A stretch of 64,000 bases of DNA from Candidatus Buchananbacteria bacterium (GTDB taxonomy: Bacteria; Patescibacteriota; Patescibacteriia; 2-01-FULL-39-33), in assembly GCA_903888345.1 (NCBI GenBank), contig CAISTG010000004.1:6393-70392 (forward strand), read 5' to 3'. A program made the position numbers and the translations under genes. Shown piece by piece: positions 27,470-37,117 of the stretch (positions are counted from its first letter, which is position 1; the number at the start of each line of letters is the position of its first letter). The notes below the pieces were generated by a model that was not told where the DNA came from, searched no databases, and saw only the letters and a list, made by a program, of their open reading frames with translations.

Positions 27470-28045
27470 ATGTATCTAATTCCAACCGTCTTAGAAAAAA
27501 CCAGCCAGGGTGAGCGCGCTTATGATATTTATTCACGCCTGCTTAAAGATCGAATTATTTTTTTAGGTTCGCCAATTGATGATGCGGTCGCTAATACCGT
27601 GATCGCTCAGCTATTATTTTTGGATAATGATGATAGTAAGGCGGATATTAAAATTTATATCAATTCTCCGGGAGGTTCAGTTTCAGCGGGACTAGCAATT
27701 TACGACACCATGCAACATGTGAAAGCAAACGTTTCGACGATTTGTGTCGGTATGGCCGCTTCGATGGGCGCGGTAATTTTGGCTGGTGGCGCTAAGGGTA
27801 AACGGTTAGCATTGCCTAATGCCGAGATTATGATTCATCAAGTGATGGGCGGAGCCGAAGGCCAAGCCACCGATATCAAAATTCGCGCCGAACATATTTT
27901 AAAAATTAAAGCGAAGTTAGATAAGATTTTAACTAAGCATACTAATAAATCCTTAACGCAAATTGAGAAGGACACTGATCGTGATTATTATATGTCAGCA
28001 GAAGAAGCGGTTACGTACGGAATAATTGATAAAATAATTAAGTAA
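27470..28045 (+). CDS. clpP: ATP-dependent Clp protease proteolytic subunit
   Basis: Catalytic triad context present (GMAASMGA Ser, IMIHQ His, Asp). Full-length match to ClpP. Confidence 0.95.
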   Translation: MYLIPTVLEKTSQGERAYDIYSRLLKDRIIFLGSPIDDAVANTVIAQLLFLDNDDSKADIKIYINSPGGSVSAGLAIYDTMQHVKANVSTICVGMAASMGAVILAGGAKGKRLALPNAEIMIHQVMGGAEGQATDIKIRAEHILKIKAKLDKILTKHTNKSLTQIEKDTDRDYYMSAEEAVTYGIIDKIIK

Positions 28046-28054
28046 AGCAAAATA

Positions 28055-28088
28055 GAAAAGCCTCTCGGGAAACCGGGAGGCTTTTTAA
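28055..28088. terminator. Bidirectional terminator shared by clpP(+) and the GC-rich operon(-)
   Basis: GCCTCTCGG-gaaa-CCGGGAGGC hairpin with AAAAG upstream and TTTTT downstream. Confidence 0.75.
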
Positions 28089-28099
28089 AGGTGCGAAAA

Positions 28100-28690
28100 T
28101 TAAAGGTGCTGCTCAATAATTGCTAACACAGCGGCAATTTTTTCATTCAAGTCGGAAATGCTAGTTATTACTTGTTGCTGGGGATGAACCGACCAAGCGG
28201 CTTTAATTTTATGTTCGATTGTTTGAGCTTCAACTAAAGACTCAAAACGCTCAGCATTATTGCCTCGGCCGTAAAGGTGCGGTGCGGTTACAGCCAATGA
28301 CTCCAGATGAATAACTGTCGTGTAGTTGGCGATAGCGTCCGCTTCATTAATATTATTACGGCGATAGAATTCAGCGGCGCCACCCGGAGTGTAGGCCGCT
28401 CCGTCTAAAATTCCGCGGTCGCAGACTAGCAAGGTTGCTCCTCGTTGCTCGGCCATCAATTGATACGAGTGTTCAAGGGAGGTTTGTAGGACAGTAACAG
28501 AGGCTTGAAAATCATGTTGCCAATCCTCACTCCAGGCTAGGTCACGACCCGGAACCGGGAAACCACCCGAGAGTAAAATTGTTGCTGCTTCTGGTACGAC
28601 TAATACTTGGCAGGGAAAATTCAGTTTAATAGCTTCTAGTGCGGAAGTCTTTCCGCCACAAGGGCCGCCGGTTAAAACGATTTTTTTCAT
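28100..28690 (-). CDS. P-loop NTPase, AAA_28/NadR-kinase-like (cassette I4, gene 6)
   Basis: Walker A is VLTGGPCGGKTS and Walker B is LLVCDRG. 196 aa with an AAAGGAG SD. GC-rich codons. Confidence 0.6.
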   Translation of the reverse strand: MKKIVLTGGPCGGKTSALEAIKLNFPCQVLVVPEAATILLSGGFPVPGRDLAWSEDWQHDFQASVTVLQTSLEHSYQLMAEQRGATLLVCDRGILDGAAYTPGGAAEFYRRNNINEADAIANYTTVIHLESLAVTAPHLYGRGNNAERFESLVEAQTIEHKIKAAWSVHPQQQVITSISDLNEKIAAVLAIIEQHL

Positions 28691-28824
28691 GATCGTGCTC
28701 CTTTCGTTGGGATTTGAGTAAGAAGTTAAAGAGCAGTTTAGTGACTTGCTCAGGTCAGTTAGAATTAACTTAGGAGATCAAGGACTTTCTTCCAGTTCTT
28801 GCCCTTCAGTAGGCCAGTGCGCGA

Positions 28825-29454
28825 TTACCAATTGCCCGGGTATTTCTCTTTGCCCTCAGGCGTCGTCAGGTACTTCTCATCAATCACCTCCAGTATCTGC
28901 TTATCGACGTTAACTAGACCGATGCGATTGGTGCTGGTGCACAACACCTTAACCTCATCGCCGCCAACACCGCGGAAGCAGTCGAAGGCCGCCGATGCCG
29001 GGTGCTGGTGGTGATCAGTGTCCGTCACCACCGCCACCCTTTTGACACCAACCTTGATTGCCAGTAGTGCAATGATCGTGCCCAGCGGCATCTCCTCCTT
29101 AGCATACTTAACTTTGTTGGCCTGTGCCTGCCCGGATGGCGGAACCATCAAGTCAGTCAGGACGACGTCGAAGTTGGGGACGATTGTGAAGTCTTTGGTG
29201 GCCTGATTTTTGGCTAGCTGGTAAGCTGCCTTTTTGTTTGCCTCCTCTTCGGTAGCGCGCCAGGGATTGAAATCACCGAACAGCTCTTTCATCTTGGCGT
29301 CAATGGCGTCAAAGTCAGTCACCGGCAGTAGTGCTGCCTGCGCTTCGTCATAGGTGCCGACGACCGTCAAGTTGTGATCCTTGAGAGTAACTTCGGCAGC
29401 GGTACGATGAGCGGCACTGTCATCAAACACGAGGATGTTGAGTTTCGTTGTCAT
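28825..29454 (-). CDS. CheY/flavodoxin-like alpha/beta-fold protein, divergent REC-like (cassette I4, gene 5)
   Basis: Has ILVFDD (acidic pair), a possible phospho-acceptor context (DFDAIDAKM or FDVVLTDLMVP) and a later RVAVVTDTDHHQH strand. The long inserts are not canonical for a receiver domain. AAAGGAAG SD. Confidence 0.35.
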   Translation of the reverse strand: MTTKLNILVFDDSAAHRTAAEVTLKDHNLTVVGTYDEAQAALLPVTDFDAIDAKMKELFGDFNPWRATEEEANKKAAYQLAKNQATKDFTIVPNFDVVLTDLMVPPSGQAQANKVKYAKEEMPLGTIIALLAIKVGVKRVAVVTDTDHHQHPASAAFDCFRGVGGDEVKVLCTSTNRIGLVNVDKQILEVIDEKYLTTPEGKEKYPGNW

Positions 29455-29513
29455 GATGTTCTTCCTTTTTGCTTCGGTGGTTGGTTGTTTCTCGTCGACA
29501 AGTTGGAATAATA

Positions 29514-29753
29514 CTAGATGCGGCGCGGGTCTTTCAAATCTCTGATTTCACTGGCATCAGGAACGTGCTTCTTTCGTTTCACTTCCAATTCTTTCATGCT
29601 ATTAACAGTTCTTTGAAAGTTTCGGGCCATTGTTTCCAAATCACCTAAGTGGGTCGACATCCACAAGTCATAATGCGCGCGACAAATGTCGCCGTTGCCT
29701 TGGCAAGTGCAATTGTCTTGTGCGATTCCATCCCAGGTATGCGATTTCGCCAT
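29514..29753 (-). CDS. Small CTC-motif Cys protein, paralog 3 (cassette I4, gene 4)
   Basis: The start was set at the MAKSHTWDG methionine, 7 nt after an AAGGAG SD, and the longer listed ORF overlaps the upstream gene. N-terminal motif NCTCQGNGDICRAH. Confidence 0.5.
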   Translation of the reverse strand: MAKSHTWDGIAQDNCTCQGNGDICRAHYDLWMSTHLGDLETMARNFQRTVNSMKELEVKRKKHVPDASEIRDLKDPRRI

Positions 29754-29764
29754 GATGTTCTCCT

Positions 29765-30280
29765 TTAGAGGTCGAGTAGAATTCGCTCTAGTAAGCCGCC
29801 ACACTCGTGACTCAGCTTAGGATCATGTGGTAATTGTTCCAGTAGTTCTTGCAGTAATTTTCGTTCGCTCGAACTGGTGAAATTGCGATCGCGTTTGATC
29901 GCACCAACAATCACCGACCGTACAAACAGTCGTAGATCGGCATCGCGGCGTATTGCTTCGGCCAGAATCAGTGGATTCAGTTTGGCGACTTCGGCAAAGC
30001 CAACCGGCAGATCACGACCCATAAAACTCGAGCGCAATCCCAGACCGTAGTTCAGGTTACTCAAAACGCACTCGTCAATTCCGCCGGCAAAGGGTCCATC
30101 AAAGATCTGCGGCGGAATAAAACCGCCATAGCCATCCTGATGCAATTTTTGCTCTTTAGTGTAATACATAAACACCTGAAATTCATCCGAACTTTTAAAT
30201 TTGCTGCGGATCAGCTCCTGAAATTTTTTCAGCACTTCAGCAATCATTTTTTCTTTGATTGTCGTCAGAAATTCTTCCAT
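29765..30280 (-). CDS. Hypothetical protein, 171 aa (cassette I4, gene 3)
   Basis: AAGGAG SD 7 nt upstream. No recognisable motif. Confidence 0.5.
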   Translation of the reverse strand: MEEFLTTIKEKMIAEVLKKFQELIRSKFKSSDEFQVFMYYTKEQKLHQDGYGGFIPPQIFDGPFAGGIDECVLSNLNYGLGLRSSFMGRDLPVGFAEVAKLNPLILAEAIRRDADLRLFVRSVIVGAIKRDRNFTSSSERKLLQELLEQLPHDPKLSHECGGLLERILLDL

Positions 30281-30403
30281 TTCGCATCTCCTTTCTCGGT
30301 TAATTGTAAGGTGCAGTACTCGATTTCGCTGTTTTCAGCTCATCAGTCCAGGCACACACCTGGAAATCGTCGAGCAGTTTTAGAACTTGCTCAGGTTTAA
30401 TTC

Positions 30404-30631
30404 TCAACTTAGCCCCATTACCTCAAGCAGCTCCTTTTCTGGTAAGTTGCGGCAAGACTCACACCAAGTTTCGATCGATTGACGCGTGGTCGATACTCCT
30501 TGACCGCAGCCACAACAAGGCTTGATAACTGGCTCGTTGGCTAGCACATCGATTTTCTTTAACCTTTCTGATGTGCAGTTCAGGCACGCAACTTCGATAT
30601 CATCGCCGCAAGTGCAAGTATGTTTCTTCAT
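30404..30631 (-). CDS. Small CTC-motif Cys-rich protein, paralog 2 (cassette I4, gene 2)
   Basis: 75 aa with 9 Cys, N-terminal HTCTCGDDIEVACLNC plus CCGCG and CESC. Its start overlaps the upstream gene's stop (ATGA). Confidence 0.55.
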   Translation of the reverse strand: MKKHTCTCGDDIEVACLNCTSERLKKIDVLANEPVIKPCCGCGQGVSTTRQSIETWCESCRNLPEKELLEVMGLS

Positions 30632-30876
30632 GGTGCTTCTCCTTGTTTTTGTTTGTTTTGCTCAATCTGATCTAGTCTTTCCTGTAGGGCTGCCTGATTG
30701 TGCTGTTTAGCAGTTTCATGAAGTGTGATTACCGCTTTAAAGAGGCGCTGTTCTTCAATGACGGCATCCCAAAGTTTGCTTTGAAGTCTCGCCTTTTGTT
30801 CGCGGAAGCATTTCGGGCAGCAGTCGTGCGGGTATTTGCAGGTGCAGTCGGCATTTATCGTGGTTTCGTTACGCAT
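30628..30876 (-). CDS. Small CTC-motif Cys protein, paralog 1 (cassette I4, gene 1)
   Basis: 82 aa with DCTCKYPHDCCPKC followed by a Q/E-rich helix. Confidence 0.55.
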   Translation of the reverse strand: MRNETTINADCTCKYPHDCCPKCFREQKARLQSKLWDAVIEEQRLFKAVITLHETAKQHNQAALQERLDQIEQNKQKQGEAP

Positions 30877-30920
30877 GCTAGTCCTCGCTTTCTTGGTTGG
30901 GTTGTAAGGTTCTAAGGTTC

Positions 30921-30958
30921 AAAAAAACCGGTTGCTTTTTTAGCAATCGGTTTTTTTG
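30921..30958 (-). terminator. Leader hairpin/attenuator between the I4 promoter and its first gene
   Basis: ACCGATTGC-taaaaaa-GCAACCGGT followed by TTTTTTT on the minus strand, and symmetric on the plus strand. Confidence 0.45.
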
Positions 30959-31036
30959 AACCACCAAACAAAAGTTGGTTTGATTTGTATTTGGTTTTGT
31001 TGGTTTTGTTTAGTCATAGTTTTTCTATCTATAAGT

Positions 31037-31065
31037 AGTGTATCATAGCTAAAATATTTTGTCAA
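31037..31065 (-). promoter_or_regulatory. Sigma70-like promoter (TTGACA-17-TACACT) for the I4 operon
   Basis: Reverse complement reads cTTGACAaaatattttagctatgaTACACT. Confidence 0.5.
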
Positions 31066-31344
31066 GTATTACGACACTTAATAAATCTTTTGCGATAAAT
31101 TTAGCCAAAATATTGATTAAAATCACTTAATAATTTGATATAAATTTACAATAATGTCTAAATAATTTTGAATATTATGGGAAATTGATAACAAGAGTGT
31201 ATAACTAGTTAATTTTTAATTAATATTTGTCATAAATACCGACATTTAAAATACTAAAATATCGATTTGAGTAAATTTAGCCGTTCAAAATATCTATATT
31301 GTGTGATATACTATAATTAAGTAAGAGAAATAATTTACTATTGT

Positions 31345-31866
31345 ATGTCATCAGAAACTTTTGAAAATCAGAATCCCTTGGAAATCGAGCGTAAGTTTTT
31401 AATTCGTCAGCTGCCGACGGGATTAGGGGAGCAACAAGGAGAAAGAATTGAACAGGGCTATCTGGCCATCGATGCCAATTTGACCGAAGTACGTTTGCGA
31501 CATCGAGGCGAAAAATATTATCTAACCGTCAAGGGTGCCGGTATGGTTATTCGTAACGAATGGGAGATGGAGATTCCTGAAAATCAGTTTAATAAATTTT
31601 GGCCGGCGACAATTGGCCGGCGGTTAACAAAAACTCGCTATGAAATACCTTATGAAAATGTTATGATTGAAATAGATATTTATGCTGACAAGTTAAAGGG
31701 ATTAGTAACGGCTGAAGTTGAATTTAAATCGGAAGCAGAGATGGAAAGATTTGTGCCACCGGCCTGGTTAGGTGAGGAGGTAACGACTAATAATGATTAT
31801 AGAAACAAAAATTTAATTACTTTAAATGAGCTCGAAATTATAAAATTATTGCAGAGTAAGTTATGA
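31345..31866 (+). CDS. CYTH-domain protein (CyaB/thiamine-triphosphatase-like triphosphate tunnel metalloenzyme)
   Basis: Has the EIERKFLI (ExExK) motif, RxR, TVKG and the AEVEF...PPAWLGEEVT signature. Native AT-rich codons. Confidence 0.75.
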   Translation: MSSETFENQNPLEIERKFLIRQLPTGLGEQQGERIEQGYLAIDANLTEVRLRHRGEKYYLTVKGAGMVIRNEWEMEIPENQFNKFWPATIGRRLTKTRYEIPYENVMIEIDIYADKLKGLVTAEVEFKSEAEMERFVPPAWLGEEVTTNNDYRNKNLITLNELEIIKLLQSKL

Positions 31867-33527
31867 GACGCAAATCGCCAGAAACGACCATCAATAATTC
31901 AGAGGTAGAAACACGGGATTTAAGTTCCGAGTATTTTGCCGATGCTTATCCAAAGCCAGAAAAATTTATTGAAGTCCTAGAAGCGACTAATCCGGAATTG
32001 GTAGAAACCTACCAAGGGGTTCTTGCTCTTTGCGAGCGTTTGGTTAGTGAGGGCGGACAGGGATTGCTAGTTGGTGGTAGTGTCCGCGATTTTTATTCGG
32101 GCTTAGTGCCTAAGGATTATGATATCGAGGTTTATCGCATCGAGCTGGATTATTTACGTCAGATTTTGGCCGATTTCGGTGAAGTCAATGAAGTCGGTGC
32201 CTCGTTTATCGTTCTGAAAGTTACCTTGCAAAATGGTGATACGCTTGATGTTTCTTTGCCGCGGCGCGATAGCAAGGTTGGCGATGGCCATAATGACTTT
32301 GTAATCACGGCTGACCCCTCAATGAGTGTTAAAGAGGCGGCGCGCCGGCGCGATTTCACGATTAATTCGCTAGCGGCAAATCCGCTAACCGGAGAAGTTT
32401 TTAATTATTTTGATGGACTAAGAGATCTGAATAATAAGGTGTTAAGGGTGACTGATCCGAAAACTTTTACTGATGATGCTTTGCGAGTTCTGCGTGGCGC
32501 CCAGTTTACGGCGCGATTAGATTTAAATGTTGATCCTGATACTTTCGACTTTATGAAAAGCGTTGTACCAGCCTTAAAAAAGGTATCTAAAGTTCGATAT
32601 TTTGAGGAGTATGATAAATTACTGATTAAGGGTAATCGTCCATCACGGGGCTTGCAATTATTAAAAGATTTGGGCGCTTTAGGTATGTGTCATCCGGAGC
32701 TGGATGTTTTAGAAAGTTTGCCGCAAGAAAAAGAGTGGCATCCGGAAGGGGATGTTTGGAAGCACACTTTGATGGCAGTTGACGCGGCGAGCGAGCATTT
32801 GAATGATTTCGGACTCGATAAAAAACAAAAATCAAATGTCATGCTGGCAACTTTATGTCATGACTTGGGCAAAGCCACCACGACGCAACCCAATCACGAT
32901 AAGCTTAACAGCGAGGGTTTGCCGCGGATTACTTCACATGGACATGAAGAGGCGGGTGAAATACCGACCAAAAACTTTTTGTCGAGTATTGGACTAGATG
33001 CTAAAAATGTTGAATTTAAAAAAATTATCAAGTTAGTAACGGAACATCTATCGCCAACCCTGCTTTATGCCAGTCGCTTTGAAGGTAATAATCGAGTTAA
33101 AGCGGCGGCTGACGGCGCCATTCGGCGTTTGGCCAAAAGAATTTTTCCAGCGACGATTAGGGAGTTAGTGGCGGTGGCAACAGCTGATCATTTAGGGCGG
33201 GGGCCATTTACCGAAGCTGATGGTCAAATCCTCATCAATCTCTATACGGCCGGCACTTGGCTAGTTCGGGAAGCGGAACGACTCGGGGTTGATCGTGAAC
33301 CGGCGCCTAAATTGCTGAGTGGCAAGGATCTTTTGATTCTGGGATTTCAACCAGGGGAAAATATGGGACGCGTTATCGCTTTAGCTGATAATTTGCGCGA
33401 TGCAAAACATTTGACGGAAAATGATGTGTTAGGGGAGATACTTTTCACGAAACCCGAGGGAATTAGCAGCAGCCAGGACGAAGCAGAAGTAATCGCGGCC
33501 TTAGAAAAAATACTTAGTACTGAATAA
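31863..33527 (+). CDS. cca: Pol-beta-family nucleotidyltransferase with C-terminal HD domain (CCA-adding enzyme / poly(A) polymerase family)
   Basis: Head domain GLLVGGSVRDFY...DYDIEV and RRDFTINSLA. HD motif LCHDLGK. Its start overlaps the CYTH gene's stop (ATGA), so the two are co-transcribed. Confidence 0.7.
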   Translation: MRRKSPETTINNSEVETRDLSSEYFADAYPKPEKFIEVLEATNPELVETYQGVLALCERLVSEGGQGLLVGGSVRDFYSGLVPKDYDIEVYRIELDYLRQILADFGEVNEVGASFIVLKVTLQNGDTLDVSLPRRDSKVGDGHNDFVITADPSMSVKEAARRRDFTINSLAANPLTGEVFNYFDGLRDLNNKVLRVTDPKTFTDDALRVLRGAQFTARLDLNVDPDTFDFMKSVVPALKKVSKVRYFEEYDKLLIKGNRPSRGLQLLKDLGALGMCHPELDVLESLPQEKEWHPEGDVWKHTLMAVDAASEHLNDFGLDKKQKSNVMLATLCHDLGKATTTQPNHDKLNSEGLPRITSHGHEEAGEIPTKNFLSSIGLDAKNVEFKKIIKLVTEHLSPTLLYASRFEGNNRVKAAADGAIRRLAKRIFPATIRELVAVATADHLGRGPFTEADGQILINLYTAGTWLVREAERLGVDREPAPKLLSGKDLLILGFQPGENMGRVIALADNLRDAKHLTENDVLGEILFTKPEGISSSQDEAEVIAALEKILSTE

Positions 33528-33681
33528 ATTTTAAACTCCGCCCTCGTTTGGGGCGGAGTTTTGGGCTTGAGCAATAATTACTTTGTCGTCATTTGTGACA
33601 TTTTTTGCATTAAATGCAGACAACTGATAATATAATAATATTGGTTAAGATTAATGATTTGTCAAAAATTTAGACAGCAAT

Positions 33682-34419
33682 ATGCTATTAGAACAATACC
33701 TACAAAATATCGGACTCGACGATAAAGAGGCTAAATTATATTTGGCGGGCTTACAACTTGGTCCGGCGAGTATTCAGGATTTGGCCAAAGCGGCTAATAT
33801 CAAACGCACCACTATTTATGAAATTGTGGAAACTTTAATTAGCAAGAATTTATTTACGGTAACACAAAAAGGTAAGCGAAAATTATTTGTGGCTCAAGAA
33901 CCCGATAATTTACTGTTGTTTCTCAAGCAGCGCGAAAATATTTTAGAACAGATCATGCCGGATTTGGAATCTTTAAAAAATAGTACGGCGACACGGCCAG
34001 CGATTAGGATTTATGAGGGGGTCGAAGGCGTTAAACAGGTCTATTTGGATATGTTAAAAAAGCCTGGTGAATTATCAATTTTAGCAGCGCCACCGGAAAT
34101 GATTGCTAAAACGATTAGCGACTATCTGGATAAAGAGTGGGAGCCACTGCGACGAAAAAGTAAAATTGCTAAACGTTGGGTTAAAATTAACGACAGCGGG
34201 CAAGTGCGACGAGACTTTACAAAAGAAGAATTTGCTAATAAACTGGAAACAATTAAGTATTTACCGGCGGCGGGCTATCCGTTTACGGTCGGTATTTATC
34301 TCTATCGTCAAAAAACCGCTTTCGTGTCATTTAGTGAAAACGAAATGGTGGCCATCGTTATTCGTAGTCCAGAAATCAATCGAACTTTGAAGTTGATTTT
34401 TGAAATGTATTTCAAGTAA
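33682..34419 (+). CDS. TrmB-family transcriptional regulator (wHTH)
   Basis: N-terminal wHTH (LGLDDKEAKLYLAGLQLGPASIQDLAKAANIKRTTIYEIVETLISKNL) followed by the TrmB C-terminal domain. Confidence 0.65.
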   Translation: MLLEQYLQNIGLDDKEAKLYLAGLQLGPASIQDLAKAANIKRTTIYEIVETLISKNLFTVTQKGKRKLFVAQEPDNLLLFLKQRENILEQIMPDLESLKNSTATRPAIRIYEGVEGVKQVYLDMLKKPGELSILAAPPEMIAKTISDYLDKEWEPLRRKSKIAKRWVKINDSGQVRRDFTKEEFANKLETIKYLPAAGYPFTVGIYLYRQKTAFVSFSENEMVAIVIRSPEINRTLKLIFEMYFK

Positions 34420-34432
34420 TAAAGTAATATTT

Positions 34433-36382
34433 ATGAAACTTAAATCGGTCGAGTCCGGTCCCGTGCTGGAGCAGAATCTCACTCAACAAATCGAAACTAA
34501 TTTGCAGGAATTAGAAAGTCAGCAGACACCGGTGGTGGGCGAGTTGGTAACAATTGAAAATAATCCCGATTACAGCTTTGTCCATTTGCCACCTTTTTAT
34601 ATTCCGCGCTCAACCAAAGAACAATTGGCTTTAGATCGGGGAGTGAAATTAGGCGGCTTAGAATTGGATAGCGGCCGCTTCTTGCCGTTGCACGCTTCAT
34701 TACTGGAGATTGTTAAGCAAAGGATCAGAGAGATTCGGGAAAAATATGCCGGCAGTCGTAAAGACCTGGCCTTGGAACAGCAAAAGCAGGCGGATCTAAG
34801 ACGGTTAGAACAAGAAGTTATCGCCGTTTTGGTGCCGCGGATTGCGAGTGAAAAAAAGCGGGCCATTAATGGTCAACCGTCATTGCAGTTTTATACTCTA
34901 CTAGAAAAGCAAAAGCGGTCTGGCGCTTCGGTGGAAGCGGCGGCAGAAAAACCACCAACGCCGGCCGAAATGATTGATTTAAGCAATTTGGATTTTACTC
35001 AATTAGTTGGCATCACTAATCTCGAAGAATTTGTTGGCACGGCCGTAGCCGAGCAACCAGAAGAGACTCTGGTAAAAGTAAGCAAAAAAGTTGCCGGGAA
35101 GTCCACCTCCGCTTTATTGCCTAATGATTTACAACGTTTACGCTATAACTTAGGTAAACCCATGAAGGAGCGGACGCCTGAGGAATGGTCGGCCGTGGTT
35201 GAAGATTATATTAGGCTAATGGATTATATGCCGCAGTATTTAGAGCATCGTTTGGCGGTTTTGGATTTATTTAGTCGTTATCAAAAAGGCGAACTGAAGA
35301 TGCCCGAGACTATCCTGAGTGTCGCTTCTGGTCCTTATGAAGAGGCACGGGCACAAATGGATTTTGATTATCTGTATCAGGAATTAGATTTAAAGCAACC
35401 GCAAATTATTAATTATGATTTTGTACGCGATATTTTGGTTAAAGGCGAAGCGGGCTATTTGGATAAGGCGGTTAAAGAAAATAAGGATGATCTGGTAGTG
35501 CCGTTTCAAGTGCAAGGTGATATGCGTCAGTTAGCTTTTAAGACGGAGGCCGTGGATATGGTCGAATGCTCTTCATTGGATAATGTTATTAACCATCAAG
35601 AAGATTTAGATCAATCAATTGCAGAAATAGCGCGCGTAACAAAAATCGGTGGCATTATCAGGCTAACTTATAAGGGTCAACTGCCGGAGAAGTTTTATGA
35701 TTTTTTGGAAGCGAGTGGTTTGAAATTGTTAACGGCTCGTCACACCGTATTTCAATTGTCGAAAGCAAAATTAACTGAAATCAAACGTGTTTATGGCGAT
35801 GTCTTCGCGAATAAACTAAAACAGAAATTAAGTCGAAAGGCCGAATATATCATGGCGGTTAAAATTGCCGAGCAACGGGCAGCACCGAATTTGGCGGCCG
35901 CAGTGATAACTGAGTTGCAAACACCATCAGAACCAGCAGCAATTGAAGAAGTGATCAGCGTCAAAACGGCGGAGCAGGAATTAATGGATCAGACGCGCGA
36001 GGCGATCAGAAAAAAACGCGCGGCTGTCGGTAATGATATTCGTTTATCCTTAATCCGGGATGCGGCGGCGGGCTTGTTCTTTCACAATGGCGAGCCCCTC
36101 GAGTTGGATAAGCATAAGATTAACGAGTTAATTAGTTTGACGCATTTAGGCAGTCCGCAACGCCTAGAAACAATCAAACGATACCAGGAATTACCGCGCT
36201 ATTTTCGAATCTCTTTGTTGCAAGAAGAATATTTCAGTGGCTATCAGGACTTAGTATTAGACGGAATATTGGGAGAGGATTTTGCGGCGTTGCCGGGCAT
36301 TGAAAAATTAGCGGAAAAAAATTATCGAGCTTATGAAAAGTTGCGACTAATGTTTAACCAAGCAAGAAAAAATGATAAATAG
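34433..36382 (+). CDS. Large hypothetical protein with central class I methyltransferase-like domain
   Basis: Motif I-like ILSVASGP, acidic-loop DLVVPFQ, VDMVECSSLDNV and IARVTKIGGIIRL (motif III). The flanks are charged and helical. The start was set at the ATG at 34433, and the listed ORF start at 34400 overlaps the TrmB gene. Confidence 0.45.
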   Translation: MKLKSVESGPVLEQNLTQQIETNLQELESQQTPVVGELVTIENNPDYSFVHLPPFYIPRSTKEQLALDRGVKLGGLELDSGRFLPLHASLLEIVKQRIREIREKYAGSRKDLALEQQKQADLRRLEQEVIAVLVPRIASEKKRAINGQPSLQFYTLLEKQKRSGASVEAAAEKPPTPAEMIDLSNLDFTQLVGITNLEEFVGTAVAEQPEETLVKVSKKVAGKSTSALLPNDLQRLRYNLGKPMKERTPEEWSAVVEDYIRLMDYMPQYLEHRLAVLDLFSRYQKGELKMPETILSVASGPYEEARAQMDFDYLYQELDLKQPQIINYDFVRDILVKGEAGYLDKAVKENKDDLVVPFQVQGDMRQLAFKTEAVDMVECSSLDNVINHQEDLDQSIAEIARVTKIGGIIRLTYKGQLPEKFYDFLEASGLKLLTARHTVFQLSKAKLTEIKRVYGDVFANKLKQKLSRKAEYIMAVKIAEQRAAPNLAAAVITELQTPSEPAAIEEVISVKTAEQELMDQTREAIRKKRAAVGNDIRLSLIRDAAAGLFFHNGEPLELDKHKINELISLTHLGSPQRLETIKRYQELPRYFRISLLQEEYFSGYQDLVLDGILGEDFAALPGIEKLAEKNYRAYEKLRLMFNQARKNDK

Positions 36383-36394
36383 ATAGAAAAAATT

Positions 36395-37075
36395 ATGAAT
36401 TATCAGCAGGTCTTAAAAGCGATCCAGAATCGCGATAGTCAAGACGCACGATTGGAGAAAATCAATCGGGCGAAGCTCTTGAAATTAAAATTAAAGTTGT
36501 ATAAACCGAAGCGTGTCTTGACGGTTAATACTGGTAAAATCGAAGGCGTCGACAAAGTGGCGCAATATCTAAAAACACAATTGAAGAAAGCAGAAAATAT
36601 TATTACGTTAGAGGGTGTTTCCGGTTCTGGCAAATCGTCGACCGCTCAATTATTGGCCGGGAAGATCGGCGCGATTCGTTTTTCGTTTGGGGAGTTATTT
36701 CGCTATCTGACATATTTACGTTTGGTAAAGGGGATTGATGATTTGGAGCCGGTGTTCAAGAAATTACGTTATCGTTATAGCGGGTCAAAGTTATCATTGT
36801 GGCATGATAAGAAAAACGTTTCCAAGGGTTTAGACCGGGAATTGCGCGATCCAAAAATTGAAGCCTTGGTGCCCAAGGTGGCTGAAGTCACGCAAAAGTC
36901 GTCAATCGAATTGTTTGCTAAAGAGATTACGGTGCTGGCAGATTCGGGTCATAAGATTATTATTGAAGGTCGTGCTTTCACTTTAGACTTCTTGCCATCA
37001 GACGCGCGGATTAAATTACGCTGCGCGGCCAGTGTTCGGGCGAAGCGACGCTTGAAGCAAATACAAAAAAAATAA
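36395..37075 (+). CDS. P-loop kinase, cytidylate-kinase-like
   Basis: Walker A is LEGVSGSGKSSTAQ. Resembles Cmk/AAA_18. No LID domain recognised. Confidence 0.5.
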   Translation: MNYQQVLKAIQNRDSQDARLEKINRAKLLKLKLKLYKPKRVLTVNTGKIEGVDKVAQYLKTQLKKAENIITLEGVSGSGKSSTAQLLAGKIGAIRFSFGELFRYLTYLRLVKGIDDLEPVFKKLRYRYSGSKLSLWHDKKNVSKGLDRELRDPKIEALVPKVAEVTQKSSIELFAKEITVLADSGHKIIIEGRAFTLDFLPSDARIKLRCAASVRAKRRLKQIQKK

Positions 37076-37080
37076 AAATA

Positions 37081-37116
37081 AAAACGCCTCGGCTAATTGC
37101 CGGGGCGTTGTTGTCT
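37081..37116. terminator. Bidirectional terminator between the kinase(+) and the CYTH xenolog(-)
   Basis: AACGCCTCGG-ctaattg-CCGGGGCGTT hairpin. The minus-strand side is followed by TTTTTATTTTTATTTT. Confidence 0.7.
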
Positions 37117-37117
37117 A

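Noticed and set aside
27361-27470. Tandem repeats as a possible CRISPR array, including the coding GAGGGCGAGGGTGAAGGTGAG repeat at 50095-50160
   Set aside because: Only two directly adjacent repeat units with no spacers upstream of clpP. The 50.1 kb repeat is in-frame (GE)n coding low complexity. No cas genes are present.
28825-29454. Calling the 209-aa cassette protein a bona fide two-component response regulator
   Set aside because: The acidic DD pair and a candidate phospho-Asp are present, but the spacing, the missing conserved Thr/Ser and Lys positions and the long inserts are not canonical. It is reported only as a CheY/flavodoxin-like fold.
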